Shown one piece after another: positions 22,617 through 30,673 of a stretch of 32,000 nucleotides of DNA. Made by a program: the position numbers and the translations under genes. How positions within the stretch are numbered: the stretch's first letter is position 1; each line of letters starts with the position of its first letter. The stretch lies in contig JACKFV010000001.1 in assembly GCA_020632335.1 (NCBI GenBank), forward strand, positions 1-32,000. The letters are read 5' to 3'. The notes under the pieces are model-generated. The model was not told the origin of the DNA. It made no database searches and was given only the letters and a program-made list of their open reading frames with translations. This DNA comes from Candidatus Saccharimonadota bacterium. Its GTDB lineage: Bacteria > Patescibacteriota > Gracilibacteria > UBA4473.

Positions 22617-24959
22617 ATGGCCTTCATCCCTCGGCATCGTCTTCTACTCTTCTCCGCTGCTGGTGTGAGTGCTCTGGTGCTCACGCTGGTGTTCTCGTCT
22701 CATTCTCAGCCTAGCGAGTCGCTCCAGGCCAGTGTGGTAGACGTCACCCCTATGGGAGAAATCCCCACAGAGGAGGCCACCCCCGTGCCCGCTCCGGAGG
22801 GCATACAGGCGGTGTACCACCCGGCGGATAACCTGCTGGAGGTGGTCTTCACGGCCGAGAAAGACTACGAGTACCCCACTATGGGGGCGAGGGTATCTGT
22901 GGCTCCGGGGACGCGCACTACGCTGCAGGGCTACACCGACGCGCTGCGCACGGGGCTGCGCTTCTCGCTCCCGGTGCTGGAAGAGGACATCGCGGCGCAG
23001 CTGCACACGGCACTGCGATTTGGTGATGACTACGACCCCGTACTCTTCTCTCGGCCCATTGCGGTGGAGATTCCGCTGGAGACCCGTGCCGAGCAGGTAG
23101 GGGTCTTCACCAGCACTGAGGACGCGCTCACCGGTGACCTCAGTAGCCGCTGTAGTGCCACAGGCGCCAGTGATATGCCCGAGACGCTCTTCCCCGTGGT
23201 GGGGGGTACAGTGCGCTTCTATAGCTGTGTGGGGGATACCTACTATGTGGTACGGGGCGAGTCAGCGCTGCTGGAGACAGATGAGAACCTGCTGCTGTGG
23301 CTAGACGCTGCCATGGGGGTGACTCCCCCAGCAGCTACCGACCAAAACAATACCGAAAATAGTACAGAGAGTGGTACAGCGGCAGAAGAGACTCCCACAC
23401 TGCAGTGGCAGGACCGCCGGGGCACGGCTACCGTGGACTTCACGGCCGAGAGCCCCAGCGACTCCCTCGCGCTGCAGCCCTATCTGCCCATGGCGAGTTA
23501 TCAGCTCTTTATCGTACAGGGGGGGGCGCTCCACGAATACCTCCAGCAGCCAGAGAGCACCGAGCTACTGACGCGCGGCACGGAGGACGACTACGCCGTG
23601 GGGACGCTGCCAGAGGGATTTGCAGACATTACAGAGCTGCTGCTGTACCGCCAGCCGCTGACGCAGGAGGCCACGCAAGACGTGCGCAGTTACCTCAGCT
23701 GGCGGCATGGCATAGCGCTGGAGTCGGCGCCTACACTGCGTGGGCAGGCGATTACTCTCCCGGAGGATTATGGGCATGATGCGCTGCTGCTGGTGGCCGA
23801 AAACGAGTACCACTACCAGGCACCAGCGGCCGAGAATAGCCTGCTACAGGTGGTGGCCGAGGAGCCGGTGCGCTCGCCATCAGCCCTGCAACTGAGCCGC
23901 AACGATGCGGGAGATTGGGCCGTTACTGGGCATAGCAAATCGCTGCAGGTCACGCTCTCCTTCCCCATGACGGACGGGCAGACGCCCCAGCTGCTGGTGA
24001 GCCTGGACCCGCTCTTCAGCGAGGGGATCACCCAGTACGCGCCTGCACAGCAGCCAGGGCAGAGCAGAGAGCTGGTCTATAGCCATGTAGCGCTGATGCC
24101 AGGGCAGTACCTCCGCCTGGGATATGCGCTGCCGGCGCTGCGCATCACGAGTACTGACGGGACGGAGGGCCGCGAGAACGTGACCTTCACCCTACAGCGG
24201 GTCGGCCCTGCGACGGGCGCTGTGCACCTGACCTATCGTACCACTATGGCGGGCGAGAGCATCGAGGCCAGTGTGGTCATCCCTACCGATGAGTCGCGGG
24301 TGGTGATCTCGGTACCCCAGAGCGACAACACGACGCAAGACGGCGACACGTTGGTGACACTGGAGCTCCTCACGCTGGAGCAGGCCACAGCGAGCACCAT
24401 GACCGCCACCGCGACCCTCCACGACGACGAAACCCCCGGTGTGCGCGTACAGGTGCTGGACCGCAACACGAGCGAAAATGGGGATACCGCCACGGTGAGC
24501 TTCGCGCTGCAGTCGGTGCCACAGGGGGTGGTGCAGCTGCCCGTGAAGATAGAAGACCCCACCGAGGGCTCGATCAGCGTGAAGCAGGTGGTCATCTCCC
24601 CCGAGAACTGGAATAGCCCCGAGCGCAATACCCTCACCATCACGGGCGTAGACGACGCCATAGCCGACGGCGACACCGAGTATGTGCTGCTGGTGGGCGG
24701 GGTGATGAGCACTGACCAGGCCTATAACGCGCTGACGGAGAAGGATATCCCGAGTCGCATCACGCTGCTGAATACGGATAATGACACTCCACCAGAGGCT
24801 GCCGAGATGATAAACACGGCACCAGAGGCTGCTGCAGAAGCGGTACCCTCCCTGGAGGAAACAGCAGAGCTATCACCAACGGTAGCAGAGCAATCCCCCG
24901 TGCGTAACCGCTCATTGGAGTATATGCAGCTCCAGGGGCTCAGGACACTGCGTCGCTAG
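22617..24959 (+). CDS. large surface protein: N-terminal signal anchor, LamG-like (concanavalin A-type) domain, Calx-beta/cadherin-like repeats
   Basis: The ORF was trimmed to ATG 22617 (MAFIPRHRLLLFSAAGVSALVLTLVF), giving 780 aa. LLLWLDAA...LQWQDRRG and ITELLLYRQPLTQEATQDVRSYLSWRHGI resemble Laminin_G_3 domain hallmarks. Two C-terminal repeats end in ...TATLHDDE and ...ITGVDDAIADGDTEYVLL...LLNTDND (Calx-beta-like). Confidence 0.55.
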   Translation: MAFIPRHRLLLFSAAGVSALVLTLVFSSHSQPSESLQASVVDVTPMGEIPTEEATPVPAPEGIQAVYHPADNLLEVVFTAEKDYEYPTMGARVSVAPGTRTTLQGYTDALRTGLRFSLPVLEEDIAAQLHTALRFGDDYDPVLFSRPIAVEIPLETRAEQVGVFTSTEDALTGDLSSRCSATGASDMPETLFPVVGGTVRFYSCVGDTYYVVRGESALLETDENLLLWLDAAMGVTPPAATDQNNTENSTESGTAAEETPTLQWQDRRGTATVDFTAESPSDSLALQPYLPMASYQLFIVQGGALHEYLQQPESTELLTRGTEDDYAVGTLPEGFADITELLLYRQPLTQEATQDVRSYLSWRHGIALESAPTLRGQAITLPEDYGHDALLLVAENEYHYQAPAAENSLLQVVAEEPVRSPSALQLSRNDAGDWAVTGHSKSLQVTLSFPMTDGQTPQLLVSLDPLFSEGITQYAPAQQPGQSRELVYSHVALMPGQYLRLGYALPALRITSTDGTEGRENVTFTLQRVGPATGAVHLTYRTTMAGESIEASVVIPTDESRVVISVPQSDNTTQDGDTLVTLELLTLEQATASTMTATATLHDDETPGVRVQVLDRNTSENGDTATVSFALQSVPQGVVQLPVKIEDPTEGSISVKQVVISPENWNSPERNTLTITGVDDAIADGDTEYVLLVGGVMSTDQAYNALTEKDIPSRITLLNTDNDTPPEAAEMINTAPEAAAEAVPSLEETAELSPTVAEQSPVRNRSLEYMQLQGLRTLRR

Positions 24960-24962
24960 CCC

Positions 24963-25907
24963 TCAGCGCTCGTGGGTGAGGCGGACGATGCTCCCCACCG
25001 GCAGGCTGCGGGTATAGGCTGGTGCGGTATCTGGTGCGGTGAGGTCATAGCGCTGGCCCCAGTTCAGCACGACGGCATAGCCTTCTGCATCGCCCAGGAG
25101 CCAGCTGCTGGAGGGCCAGAGTGCGGGCATTTCCTCGGGGACTTGGGTCAGGCTCTCGCCTACGGCTAGGGTCATCGGCGCTTGTCCCTCTCGGTGGAGG
25201 GTCAGCTGAGGCGCGCGCGAGAAGTGCTCCCACCAGGTAGGGAAACTACGGCAGGGCAGCTGGAACCGCCCATTCCCAAAGCGATCCGCCCCCAGGTAGC
25301 GCAGCTGCGCTGCATCGCTGAGTGTGTAGTCGGGCAGAGAGGGTATGGGGAGTGCGCGCAGCTGCGCCCCAGGGATCTCCTCCCCTCCTGTGCGGAGCAG
25401 CTGCAGGTGGACGTAGGGCAGGTACTCCAGGCTGCGGAACTGACTCCCACGGCGCAGATCCCTCAGGGCCGGGAGCGCAGAGAAGCCCTCCACCACCCAG
25501 CAGTCCTCTAGCCACGGCGCGGCAAAGCCCATGACGTACTGGTCATACCCCACCAGGTGGTGCTGCACGCCCGTGACGGGGTCACGAAGTCGCCCCCAGA
25601 GCAGCGCATCGGCCCCCGCGTCGCTCTGCCCACTGTGGTGAGATCGGCTCGCGTTATTCACCGCGAGGATCTGTGATGGCAGCGGCCCCAGTCCATAGCG
25701 CTGTGCATGCAGATGCGAGATACCCGCCAGCGTGCTGAGCGCCTGGAATGCCGTATGCACTGACGCCCCCGGGAGCGACCCGGTCATCTGCAGAGTGAGG
25801 GCCATGCCGTAGTGCGCTGCCAGCGCATAGTAGTTCATCTGCAGGCGGCTGACGGCCTCGTCGCCTGGGGCTACACAGTCCGAGAAGTAGTACACGGGGG
25901 TGCTCAT
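24963..25907 (-). CDS. hypothetical protein with weak resemblance to the DUF62 / SAM hydroxide adenosyltransferase fold
   Basis: The ORF was trimmed to ATG 25907, because the TTG at 25955 coincides with a -35 hexamer. The order of YYFSDCVAPGD, LGADRFGNGRFQL and GYAVVLNWGQ...VGSIVRL loosely parallels the DUF62 blocks (TDFG, DxFGN, lEiavn.G...GdxV). The canonical DPGVG block is not conserved. Confidence 0.3.
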   Translation of the reverse strand: MSTPVYYFSDCVAPGDEAVSRLQMNYYALAAHYGMALTLQMTGSLPGASVHTAFQALSTLAGISHLHAQRYGLGPLPSQILAVNNASRSHHSGQSDAGADALLWGRLRDPVTGVQHHLVGYDQYVMGFAAPWLEDCWVVEGFSALPALRDLRRGSQFRSLEYLPYVHLQLLRTGGEEIPGAQLRALPIPSLPDYTLSDAAQLRYLGADRFGNGRFQLPCRSFPTWWEHFSRAPQLTLHREGQAPMTLAVGESLTQVPEEMPALWPSSSWLLGDAEGYAVVLNWGQRYDLTAPDTAPAYTRSLPVGSIVRLTHER

Positions 25908-25927
25908 GCGGAGGAGGTACGGAGCCG

Positions 25928-25955
25928 AGTCTAGCCCGCCATCACCCGGTGGCAA
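25928..25955 (-). promoter_or_regulatory. predicted promoter (TTGCCA-16-TAGACT) for the 24963-25907 gene
   Basis: Minus strand: TTGCCA (25955..25950), 16-nt spacer, TAGACT (25933..25928), with ATG 25907 lying 20 nt downstream. Confidence 0.45.
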
Positions 25956-25959
25956 GCAC

Positions 25960-25987
25960 TTGCCCTCTCACGCGCGGTGCCTAGAAT
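25960..25987 (+). promoter_or_regulatory. predicted sugar transferase promoter (TTGCCC-16-TAGAAT); the -10 ends 7 nt before ATG 25995
   Basis: TTGCCC at 25960-25965, 16-nt spacer, TAGAAT at 25982-25987, then gccggcc and ATG 25995. Confidence 0.5.
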
Positions 25988-25994
25988 GCCGGCC

Positions 25995-27431
25995 ATGCGG
26001 AAGATTCACCTATTCTTTGTGCTCGGGAGGATGCTCTCTGATGCGGTCATGACCCTGCTGGGGCTGCTCTTGGCGTACTACCTGCGGGCGGAGTACTACC
26101 CTCTTTTTGACCTCGCGCCACCACTGCTGATGCCCTTGCACCAGTATATGCAGTTTGCGGTGACCATTGCGGTGGCAGTGGTGGGGGTGTTTGGGTTACA
26201 GGGCAAGTATGACTTCCAGGCAGATGCGCGCGTGTACCGAGAAATCCCCAGTATCTTCTGGGGGTTTACCGCGACGTTTCTCACCGTGGTGGTGGGGTTT
26301 TTCTTCTTGCGGTACTACTTCTTCTCGCGGTTTATCTTCGGTATGGGGTGGGTACTGGGGCTGGGCCTGGTGTTGCTGGGGCGTATGGGGCTGCGGCTCG
26401 GGCGGCGCTGGGCCTATCGGCAGGGGTATGGGAGGGAGCGGGTGGTGCTCATCGGGGCAGATACGCAGACCGAGCAGTTCATGCGGGCGCTGCAGCGTGA
26501 CCCGCGGTGGAAGCTGCTGGGGCATGTGACGATGCCTAAGGAGACGCCACTGCCAGCGCTGCGGCACCTGGGAGAGCTGAGCGAGCTGGAGGAGATCCTC
26601 ACGGACTATGGGGTGTCGCAGCTCTTCATTACCGAGCGGCATGTGAGCGAAGCCCTGCGCGAGGAGATCATGCGTATTGCCCACCGGACGCAGACCCAGT
26701 ACTCGCTCGTGCCCGATGCGCTGAGCCTGGACCTGGCTGCGGTGACGCTCAGCGAGGTAGACGATATCCCCGTCATGCACCTCTCCTCCCACCGGATAAG
26801 CGGCTGGGGGGTGGTGCTCAAAACCCTCTTTGACCGCCTGATGAGCGCGCTGGGGCTGCTTATTCTCAGCCCGCTGATGCTGTGGGTGTGGTGGCGGGTC
26901 AAGCGCCAGCTGGTGGCTGATGGGCACCCGGGTGTCTCGCCGATATACATCAGCCGGCGTATAGGCAAGGAGGGGCGGCACTTCAGCTGTTATAAGTTCC
27001 GCAGTATGGTACCGGGGGCGCACCGGCAGTTCCTCTCCCTCCACGAGGCACAGAAGACCCAGAAGGCCGGCGAGGTACTCCAGATACAAAATGACCCGCG
27101 CGTCACCCCACTGGGGCACTGGCTACGGCAGACGAGCATCGACGAGCTGCCACAGCTGTGGAATGTGCTGAAGGGCGACATGAGCATCGTGGGGCCACGG
27201 CCGCACTGCACAGAGGAAATAGAGCTCTACTATGACCGTGACGAATACCGGGTTTTTACCGTCAAGCCGGGGATAACGAGCTTCAGCCAGATACACGGAC
27301 GGTCATATGTGACGCTGCGCGACGAGCTGAAATACGAGATCTACTACATTCAGAACTGGAGCCTGTGGCTGGATATTCATATCATCTGGGAGACGCTCGT
27401 GATGGTACTCCAGCGCAAAAACGTGGTCTAG
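25995..27431 (+). CDS. polyprenyl glycosylphosphotransferase (bacterial sugar transferase, WbaP/WcaJ-type)
   Basis: The start was chosen at ATG 25995, since the GTG 25977 and ATG 25986 alternatives lie inside the predicted promoter. It has N-terminal TM helices and a C-terminal Bac_transf signature [32 protein letters not shown]. Confidence 0.85.
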   Translation: MRKIHLFFVLGRMLSDAVMTLLGLLLAYYLRAEYYPLFDLAPPLLMPLHQYMQFAVTIAVAVVGVFGLQGKYDFQADARVYREIPSIFWGFTATFLTVVVGFFFLRYYFFSRFIFGMGWVLGLGLVLLGRMGLRLGRRWAYRQGYGRERVVLIGADTQTEQFMRALQRDPRWKLLGHVTMPKETPLPALRHLGELSELEEILTDYGVSQLFITERHVSEALREEIMRIAHRTQTQYSLVPDALSLDLAAVTLSEVDDIPVMHLSSHRISGWGVVLKTLFDRLMSALGLLILSPLMLWVWWRVKRQLVADGHPGVSPIYISRRIGKEGRHFSCYKFRSMVPGAHRQFLSLHEAQKTQKAGEVLQIQNDPRVTPLGHWLRQTSIDELPQLWNVLKGDMSIVGPRPHCTEEIELYYDRDEYRVFTVKPGITSFSQIHGRSYVTLRDELKYEIYYIQNWSLWLDIHIIWETLVMVLQRKNVV

Positions 27432-27450
27432 TGAGCCGAAGAGTCTTCAC

Positions 27451-27478
27451 TTGCATTGCCTCTCGGGCGAAGTATTAT
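27451..27478 (+). promoter_or_regulatory. predicted promoter (TTGCAT-16-TATTAT); the -10 ends 6 nt before ATG 27485, so leaderless
   Basis: TTGCAT at 27451-27456, 16-nt spacer, TATTAT at 27473-27478, then gccccc and ATG. Confidence 0.55.
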
Positions 27479-27484
27479 GCCCCC

Positions 27485-27832
27485 ATGCTCCTGCCCAAAC
27501 TACACGTGGTGCTCCACCACCTCACCAAGAAAATCGCCTGCCCGCGCTGTGGTACGCCCTTTGACCCGGCGCAGATGGATATCCTCGTGCGGCCCGGTGA
27601 CGCCATAGAGTGCCGCTGCCAGTGCCAGCAGTGCCAGGCGCAGGTGACCATAGCTGGGCGAGTACAGCAGAAGAAATCTACCGCTACGCCGCTGAGCGAG
27701 CAAACCCTGAGCGAGATAGGCACCGCGCTGGAGAACTTCCACGGGGGGGATATACGCGAGCTCTTTGACATCCAGGTGCATGAGGACAACCGTGAGAATA
27801 CTGAAGATACTGACGACACCGATACCCGCTAA
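27485..27832 (+). CDS. small zinc-ribbon protein with acidic tail
   Basis: 115 aa after trimming to ATG 27485. It has a Cys cluster CPRCG...CRCQCQQC and an acidic C-terminus (EDNRENTEDTDDTD). Confidence 0.5.
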   Translation: MLLPKLHVVLHHLTKKIACPRCGTPFDPAQMDILVRPGDAIECRCQCQQCQAQVTIAGRVQQKKSTATPLSEQTLSEIGTALENFHGGDIRELFDIQVHEDNRENTEDTDDTDTR

Positions 27833-27844
27833 CCCCTCTACACT

Positions 27845-28327
27845 ATGAAATGGCTGCTCTTCCTGGCTATCGTCGGCTATGGCCTCTACTACGTCTACAC
27901 CAGTGACAACGCCACGGAGTGGAAGCAGACGCTGCAGGAGTTCCTCAATGGGGATTTCTCGGACGAAATACAGGGCCTGCTGGACAAGCGCGGTGAGCTC
28001 ATGCAGCAGATAGAGAAGATGCAGCAGAGCCTGGAATCGAACGTCGACAAGGGCACTGACCTCTACCAGCGCACGGCGGCCAGCGTCACCACCCTCAGTG
28101 CTGAGATAGCGGCCATCAACGAGAGCATTGCGCGGATACAACTGGCGCTGCAGCTGGAGATAGACCCCGACGATGTAGATAGTAGTGCGGCGCGGTCGCA
28201 GGCGCAGGTCATCGCTACGCAGAGCGAGGAGGCCATACTGCAGAGCGTAGAGGCCGAAACAGCTCCCCTAGAGAACAGTACACCGGGCAGCAGTGTGCGG
28301 GTCATTCTCCCTCACTCCCTTAGCTGA
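27845..28327 (+). CDS. membrane-anchored coiled-coil protein
   Basis: 160 aa. It has an N-terminal TM helix (MKWLLFLAIVGYGLYYVY) followed by a helical Gln/Glu-rich region. Confidence 0.5.
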   Translation: MKWLLFLAIVGYGLYYVYTSDNATEWKQTLQEFLNGDFSDEIQGLLDKRGELMQQIEKMQQSLESNVDKGTDLYQRTAASVTTLSAEIAAINESIARIQLALQLEIDPDDVDSSAARSQAQVIATQSEEAILQSVEAETAPLENSTPGSSVRVILPHSLS

Positions 28328-29034
28328 TGTTTGTGCCGTCTCTCCCCACCGGGCAGCTCACCCTGCGCGAGAGTAGCCCCTGTGGCACCGGGACGCTCCG
28401 CCTAGTATGGGAGGTGACCACGCCCCCCACAGCGGGCTGGAGCTACCGACCGGGGCAGTTTATTAACCTGGGGTTTGCGGGCGAGCTCTGGCGGAGTTAC
28501 TCGCTGACGAGCCTGGCGGCAGAGCTCCCGCTGCTGGAGCTGCTGGTGCGCGTGGGGGAGGACGGGTTTGGCCCGGGGACGCGGCATCTGCTGCGGATGC
28601 GGGTGGGAGAGACGCTCCCCTACCGTGGGGCGTATGGCCGGTTTCAGCTCATGGGGGAGACCGATACACGGCAGATCTGCATTGCTACGGGCACGGGCAT
28701 TGCGCCGTTTCGGTCACTATTGCGGGGGGTGGGGGGGCAGCGCGTGATGCTCCTCTATGGGGAGAAGACGCTGCAGCACGTCTCGTATAGCGAAGAGATA
28801 GCCCAGTGGCAGGCTGAGACAGTGCTGTGCCTCAGCCGTGACGAGAAAAACCACCCCATACTCTCTACCCACCATGGCCGGGTGACCGACTACCTGGAGG
28901 CTCACCCAGAGCTGCTGCGCCCCTCATATCACTACTACCTCTGTGGGAGCAGCGTGATGCTGGAGAGCGCTGGGGCACTGCTCCGTCAGGCGGGGGTAGA
29001 GCGGCGGCAGATCCACACCGAGCAGTTCTACTAG
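28327..29034 (+). CDS. ferredoxin-NADP reductase-like FAD/NAD(P)-binding oxidoreductase
   Basis: 235 aa. It has the FAD-binding motif RSYSLTS (RxYS), the NAD(P) motif IATGTGIAPFRSLL and a C-terminal YLCGSSVM. The ATG overlaps the previous TGA. Confidence 0.8.
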   Translation: MFVPSLPTGQLTLRESSPCGTGTLRLVWEVTTPPTAGWSYRPGQFINLGFAGELWRSYSLTSLAAELPLLELLVRVGEDGFGPGTRHLLRMRVGETLPYRGAYGRFQLMGETDTRQICIATGTGIAPFRSLLRGVGGQRVMLLYGEKTLQHVSYSEEIAQWQAETVLCLSRDEKNHPILSTHHGRVTDYLEAHPELLRPSYHYYLCGSSVMLESAGALLRQAGVERRQIHTEQFY

Positions 29035-29063
29035 CCCGCGATAGAATATCCCCCAAGAACTAC

Positions 29064-29092
29064 TTGACTCAAACACTAATACGGTGTACAAA
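29064..29092 (+). promoter_or_regulatory. predicted promoter at the edge of the AT-rich cassette (TTGACT-17-TACAAA)
   Basis: TTGACT at 29064-29069, 17-nt spacer, TACAAA at 29087-29092. This is about 147 nt upstream of ATG 29240. Confidence 0.4.
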
Positions 29093-29239
29093 TACAAACG
29101 TATAAGGCGTCCTCAAGCGGGATCCCCTTATCGATCTTTCATAATTTGCTTGTCAGTAACGAGTAAGATGCCCTGCGTACACGACGCATAGTGTGTGTGC
29201 TGGTGATCTTATTTTCTTAACAACTTATAAAAAAATCGT

Positions 29240-29548
29240 ATGAACACGAAAAAAAACATCAGAACAATTGCTGATTTCTTTAATAGTCTATACCTTCGAA
29301 GAATCTATGGACACAAAGTAGCTTCTGATAAAGGTAAAAAATTAACACAGGAAAAATTTTTAGCAGAGTACGGTAATATATTACTTGATAATATAGATGA
29401 TTTTACCGCTTGTTATATTCAAGATTCAGAAATACATTTCCACATGTCGATCAAGGGAATTGCCAGCATCCAGTTCGACTTACCTCAAAGATACCTGAAA
29501 ACACTTCTAAACATACTTTCCAAAAGAGCATTCCCAGGTAGTAAATAA
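29240..29548 (+). CDS. orphan hypothetical protein in an AT-rich cassette
   Basis: 102 aa, Lys/Ile/Asn-rich. One line I counted (29241-29300) is 30% GC. It is followed by a strong terminator. No family was recognised. Confidence 0.5.
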   Translation: MNTKKNIRTIADFFNSLYLRRIYGHKVASDKGKKLTQEKFLAEYGNILLDNIDDFTACYIQDSEIHFHMSIKGIASIQFDLPQRYLKTLLNILSKRAFPGSK

Positions 29549-29570
29549 CTGCCAAGTGGTAAATAACTGC
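29541..29570 (+). repeat. 12-mer GTAAATAACTGC repeated with 18-nt period across the ORF stop
   Basis: The copies are at 29541-29552 and 29559-29570. The first contains the TAA stop (29546-29548). Confidence 0.7.
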
Positions 29571-29574
29571 AATC

Positions 29575-29610
29575 AAAAAAAGCCTATTGGTGTGTCGATG
29601 GGCTTTTTTT
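29575..29610. terminator. bidirectional intrinsic terminator (A7-hairpin-T7) serving the orphan ORF and murB
   Basis: A7 at 29575-29581, stem GCCTAT (29582-29587) paired with ATGGGC (29598-29603) with one G-U, a 10-nt loop, and T7 at 29604-29610. The A and T runs can extend the stem. Confidence 0.75.
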
Positions 29611-29619
29611 ACTCTACCG

Positions 29620-30651
29620 CTAGTAGTCTCTCCGCTCTCTCCCCCATTCGTCTAGCAGCACTACCTCTGGGGTGAGGCATATGCCCGTGCTGCGCTCTAC
29701 TCTCTCTCGGTACTGTCGCATGAGCGTGAGCAGCTCCTCCTGCGTGCCGTGGCCGGTATTCCGGAAGAAATTAGCGTGCTGTTGCGTTATTTCTATGCCG
29801 CCACAGTGCTGGCCCTTAGCACCAGCTTCCTCGAGCAGACGGCCGGCGTAGGCCCCTGGGGGGTTTATAAACGTAGAGCCGCCCGTGCGCCCCGGGGGGT
29901 AGGTCTGCCAGCGGTGAGCGCTGAGGCTCTGCACGCGCTGGAGTGTGGCCTCGGGATCATCTCGCACGGAGAGGAGGAACCCCGCGCGCAGCACTCCCCA
30001 GTCGTCATGGGCCTTGAAGATGCTCATGCGGTAGCTATAGAGCTGCGGGAGTATTTCTCGTGTGTGGGGTATTGCCGTAGGATCCTCCAGGGAGGTAATC
30101 TGGTAGCGCTCCCCTGCCCCATAGGGGGTCTGAGACGTCTTTGCCCTATTGCGCGAGTGAACGCCATTCTCTGGCCGCTGCGTCACCACTATCCGCCAGA
30201 GCTGCCCCGCGCCATCACACATATCTACCCACTGCAGGCTCTCCCACGTCCCCGAGCCAAAGGCCTCGGCATTCCCCCGCACAAAGCCTCCCAGCTGCCC
30301 CGGTATGCCGGCCATGCGCTCCAGGTCTGCGTAGCCGGCGCGCGCGGTGTCCTCCACCAGCTGGCTCATGATGACCCCGGCGTCCGCGATGAGCAGCATT
30401 TTCCCCTCTGGCTGTGGCTGCCAGTAGCGCTCCGCGGCGGATAGATGCACCACCGTCCCGCGGAACCCCGCATCGGCCCACGCGGTATTGCTCCCCTTCC
30501 CGAGGATTCTGCAGGGGGTTTTACTCGCGTGTAGCTGCGCCCACAGCGGCGGAAGTTCGGCAATGTGCTCCACCGTGATGAGCGTATCCGCCACGCCGCC
30601 TATGCCCCAAAAGGTACGTTTGCTGAGGGGGACGGTATGTTCCACTTGCAT
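29620..30651 (-). CDS. murB: UDP-N-acetylenolpyruvoylglucosamine reductase
   Basis: 343 aa. It has FWGIGGVADTL, ILGKGSNTAWAD, YSYRMSIF and GGSTFINP motifs of the MurB FAD-binding family. Confidence 0.85.
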   Translation of the reverse strand: MQVEHTVPLSKRTFWGIGGVADTLITVEHIAELPPLWAQLHASKTPCRILGKGSNTAWADAGFRGTVVHLSAAERYWQPQPEGKMLLIADAGVIMSQLVEDTARAGYADLERMAGIPGQLGGFVRGNAEAFGSGTWESLQWVDMCDGAGQLWRIVVTQRPENGVHSRNRAKTSQTPYGAGERYQITSLEDPTAIPHTREILPQLYSYRMSIFKAHDDWGVLRAGFLLSVRDDPEATLQRVQSLSAHRWQTYPPGRTGGSTFINPPGAYAGRLLEEAGAKGQHCGGIEITQQHANFFRNTGHGTQEELLTLMRQYRERVERSTGICLTPEVVLLDEWGRERRDY

Positions 30652-30673
30652 AGACAGACTATAGAAGTATGCT
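30646..30673 (+). promoter_or_regulatory. predicted Nudix-ppa promoter (TTGCAT-16-TATGCT)
   Basis: TTGCAT at 30646-30651 (overlapping the murB start codon), 16-nt spacer, TATGCT at 30668-30673, with ATG 30697 lying 23 nt downstream. Confidence 0.4.

Noticed and set aside
26196-27119. A 307-aa antisense ORF opposite the sugar transferase. Similar antisense or shadow ORFs occur at 13584-14258, 8419-9126, 9418-10035, 2957-3496 and 728-1501.
   Set aside because: All lie opposite to, or out of frame with, genes carrying strong motifs. They have Arg/Pro/Gly/His-rich products and no start-site promoter pattern. They are artefacts of high GC.
4080-28737. Other G7-G8 runs (4080-4086, 23519-23526, 27743-27749, 28724-28737) as additional phase-variation switches.
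   Set aside because: All are in frame, encoding Gly-Gly within intact ORFs. They are a consequence of GGG Gly codon usage in a GC-rich genome.
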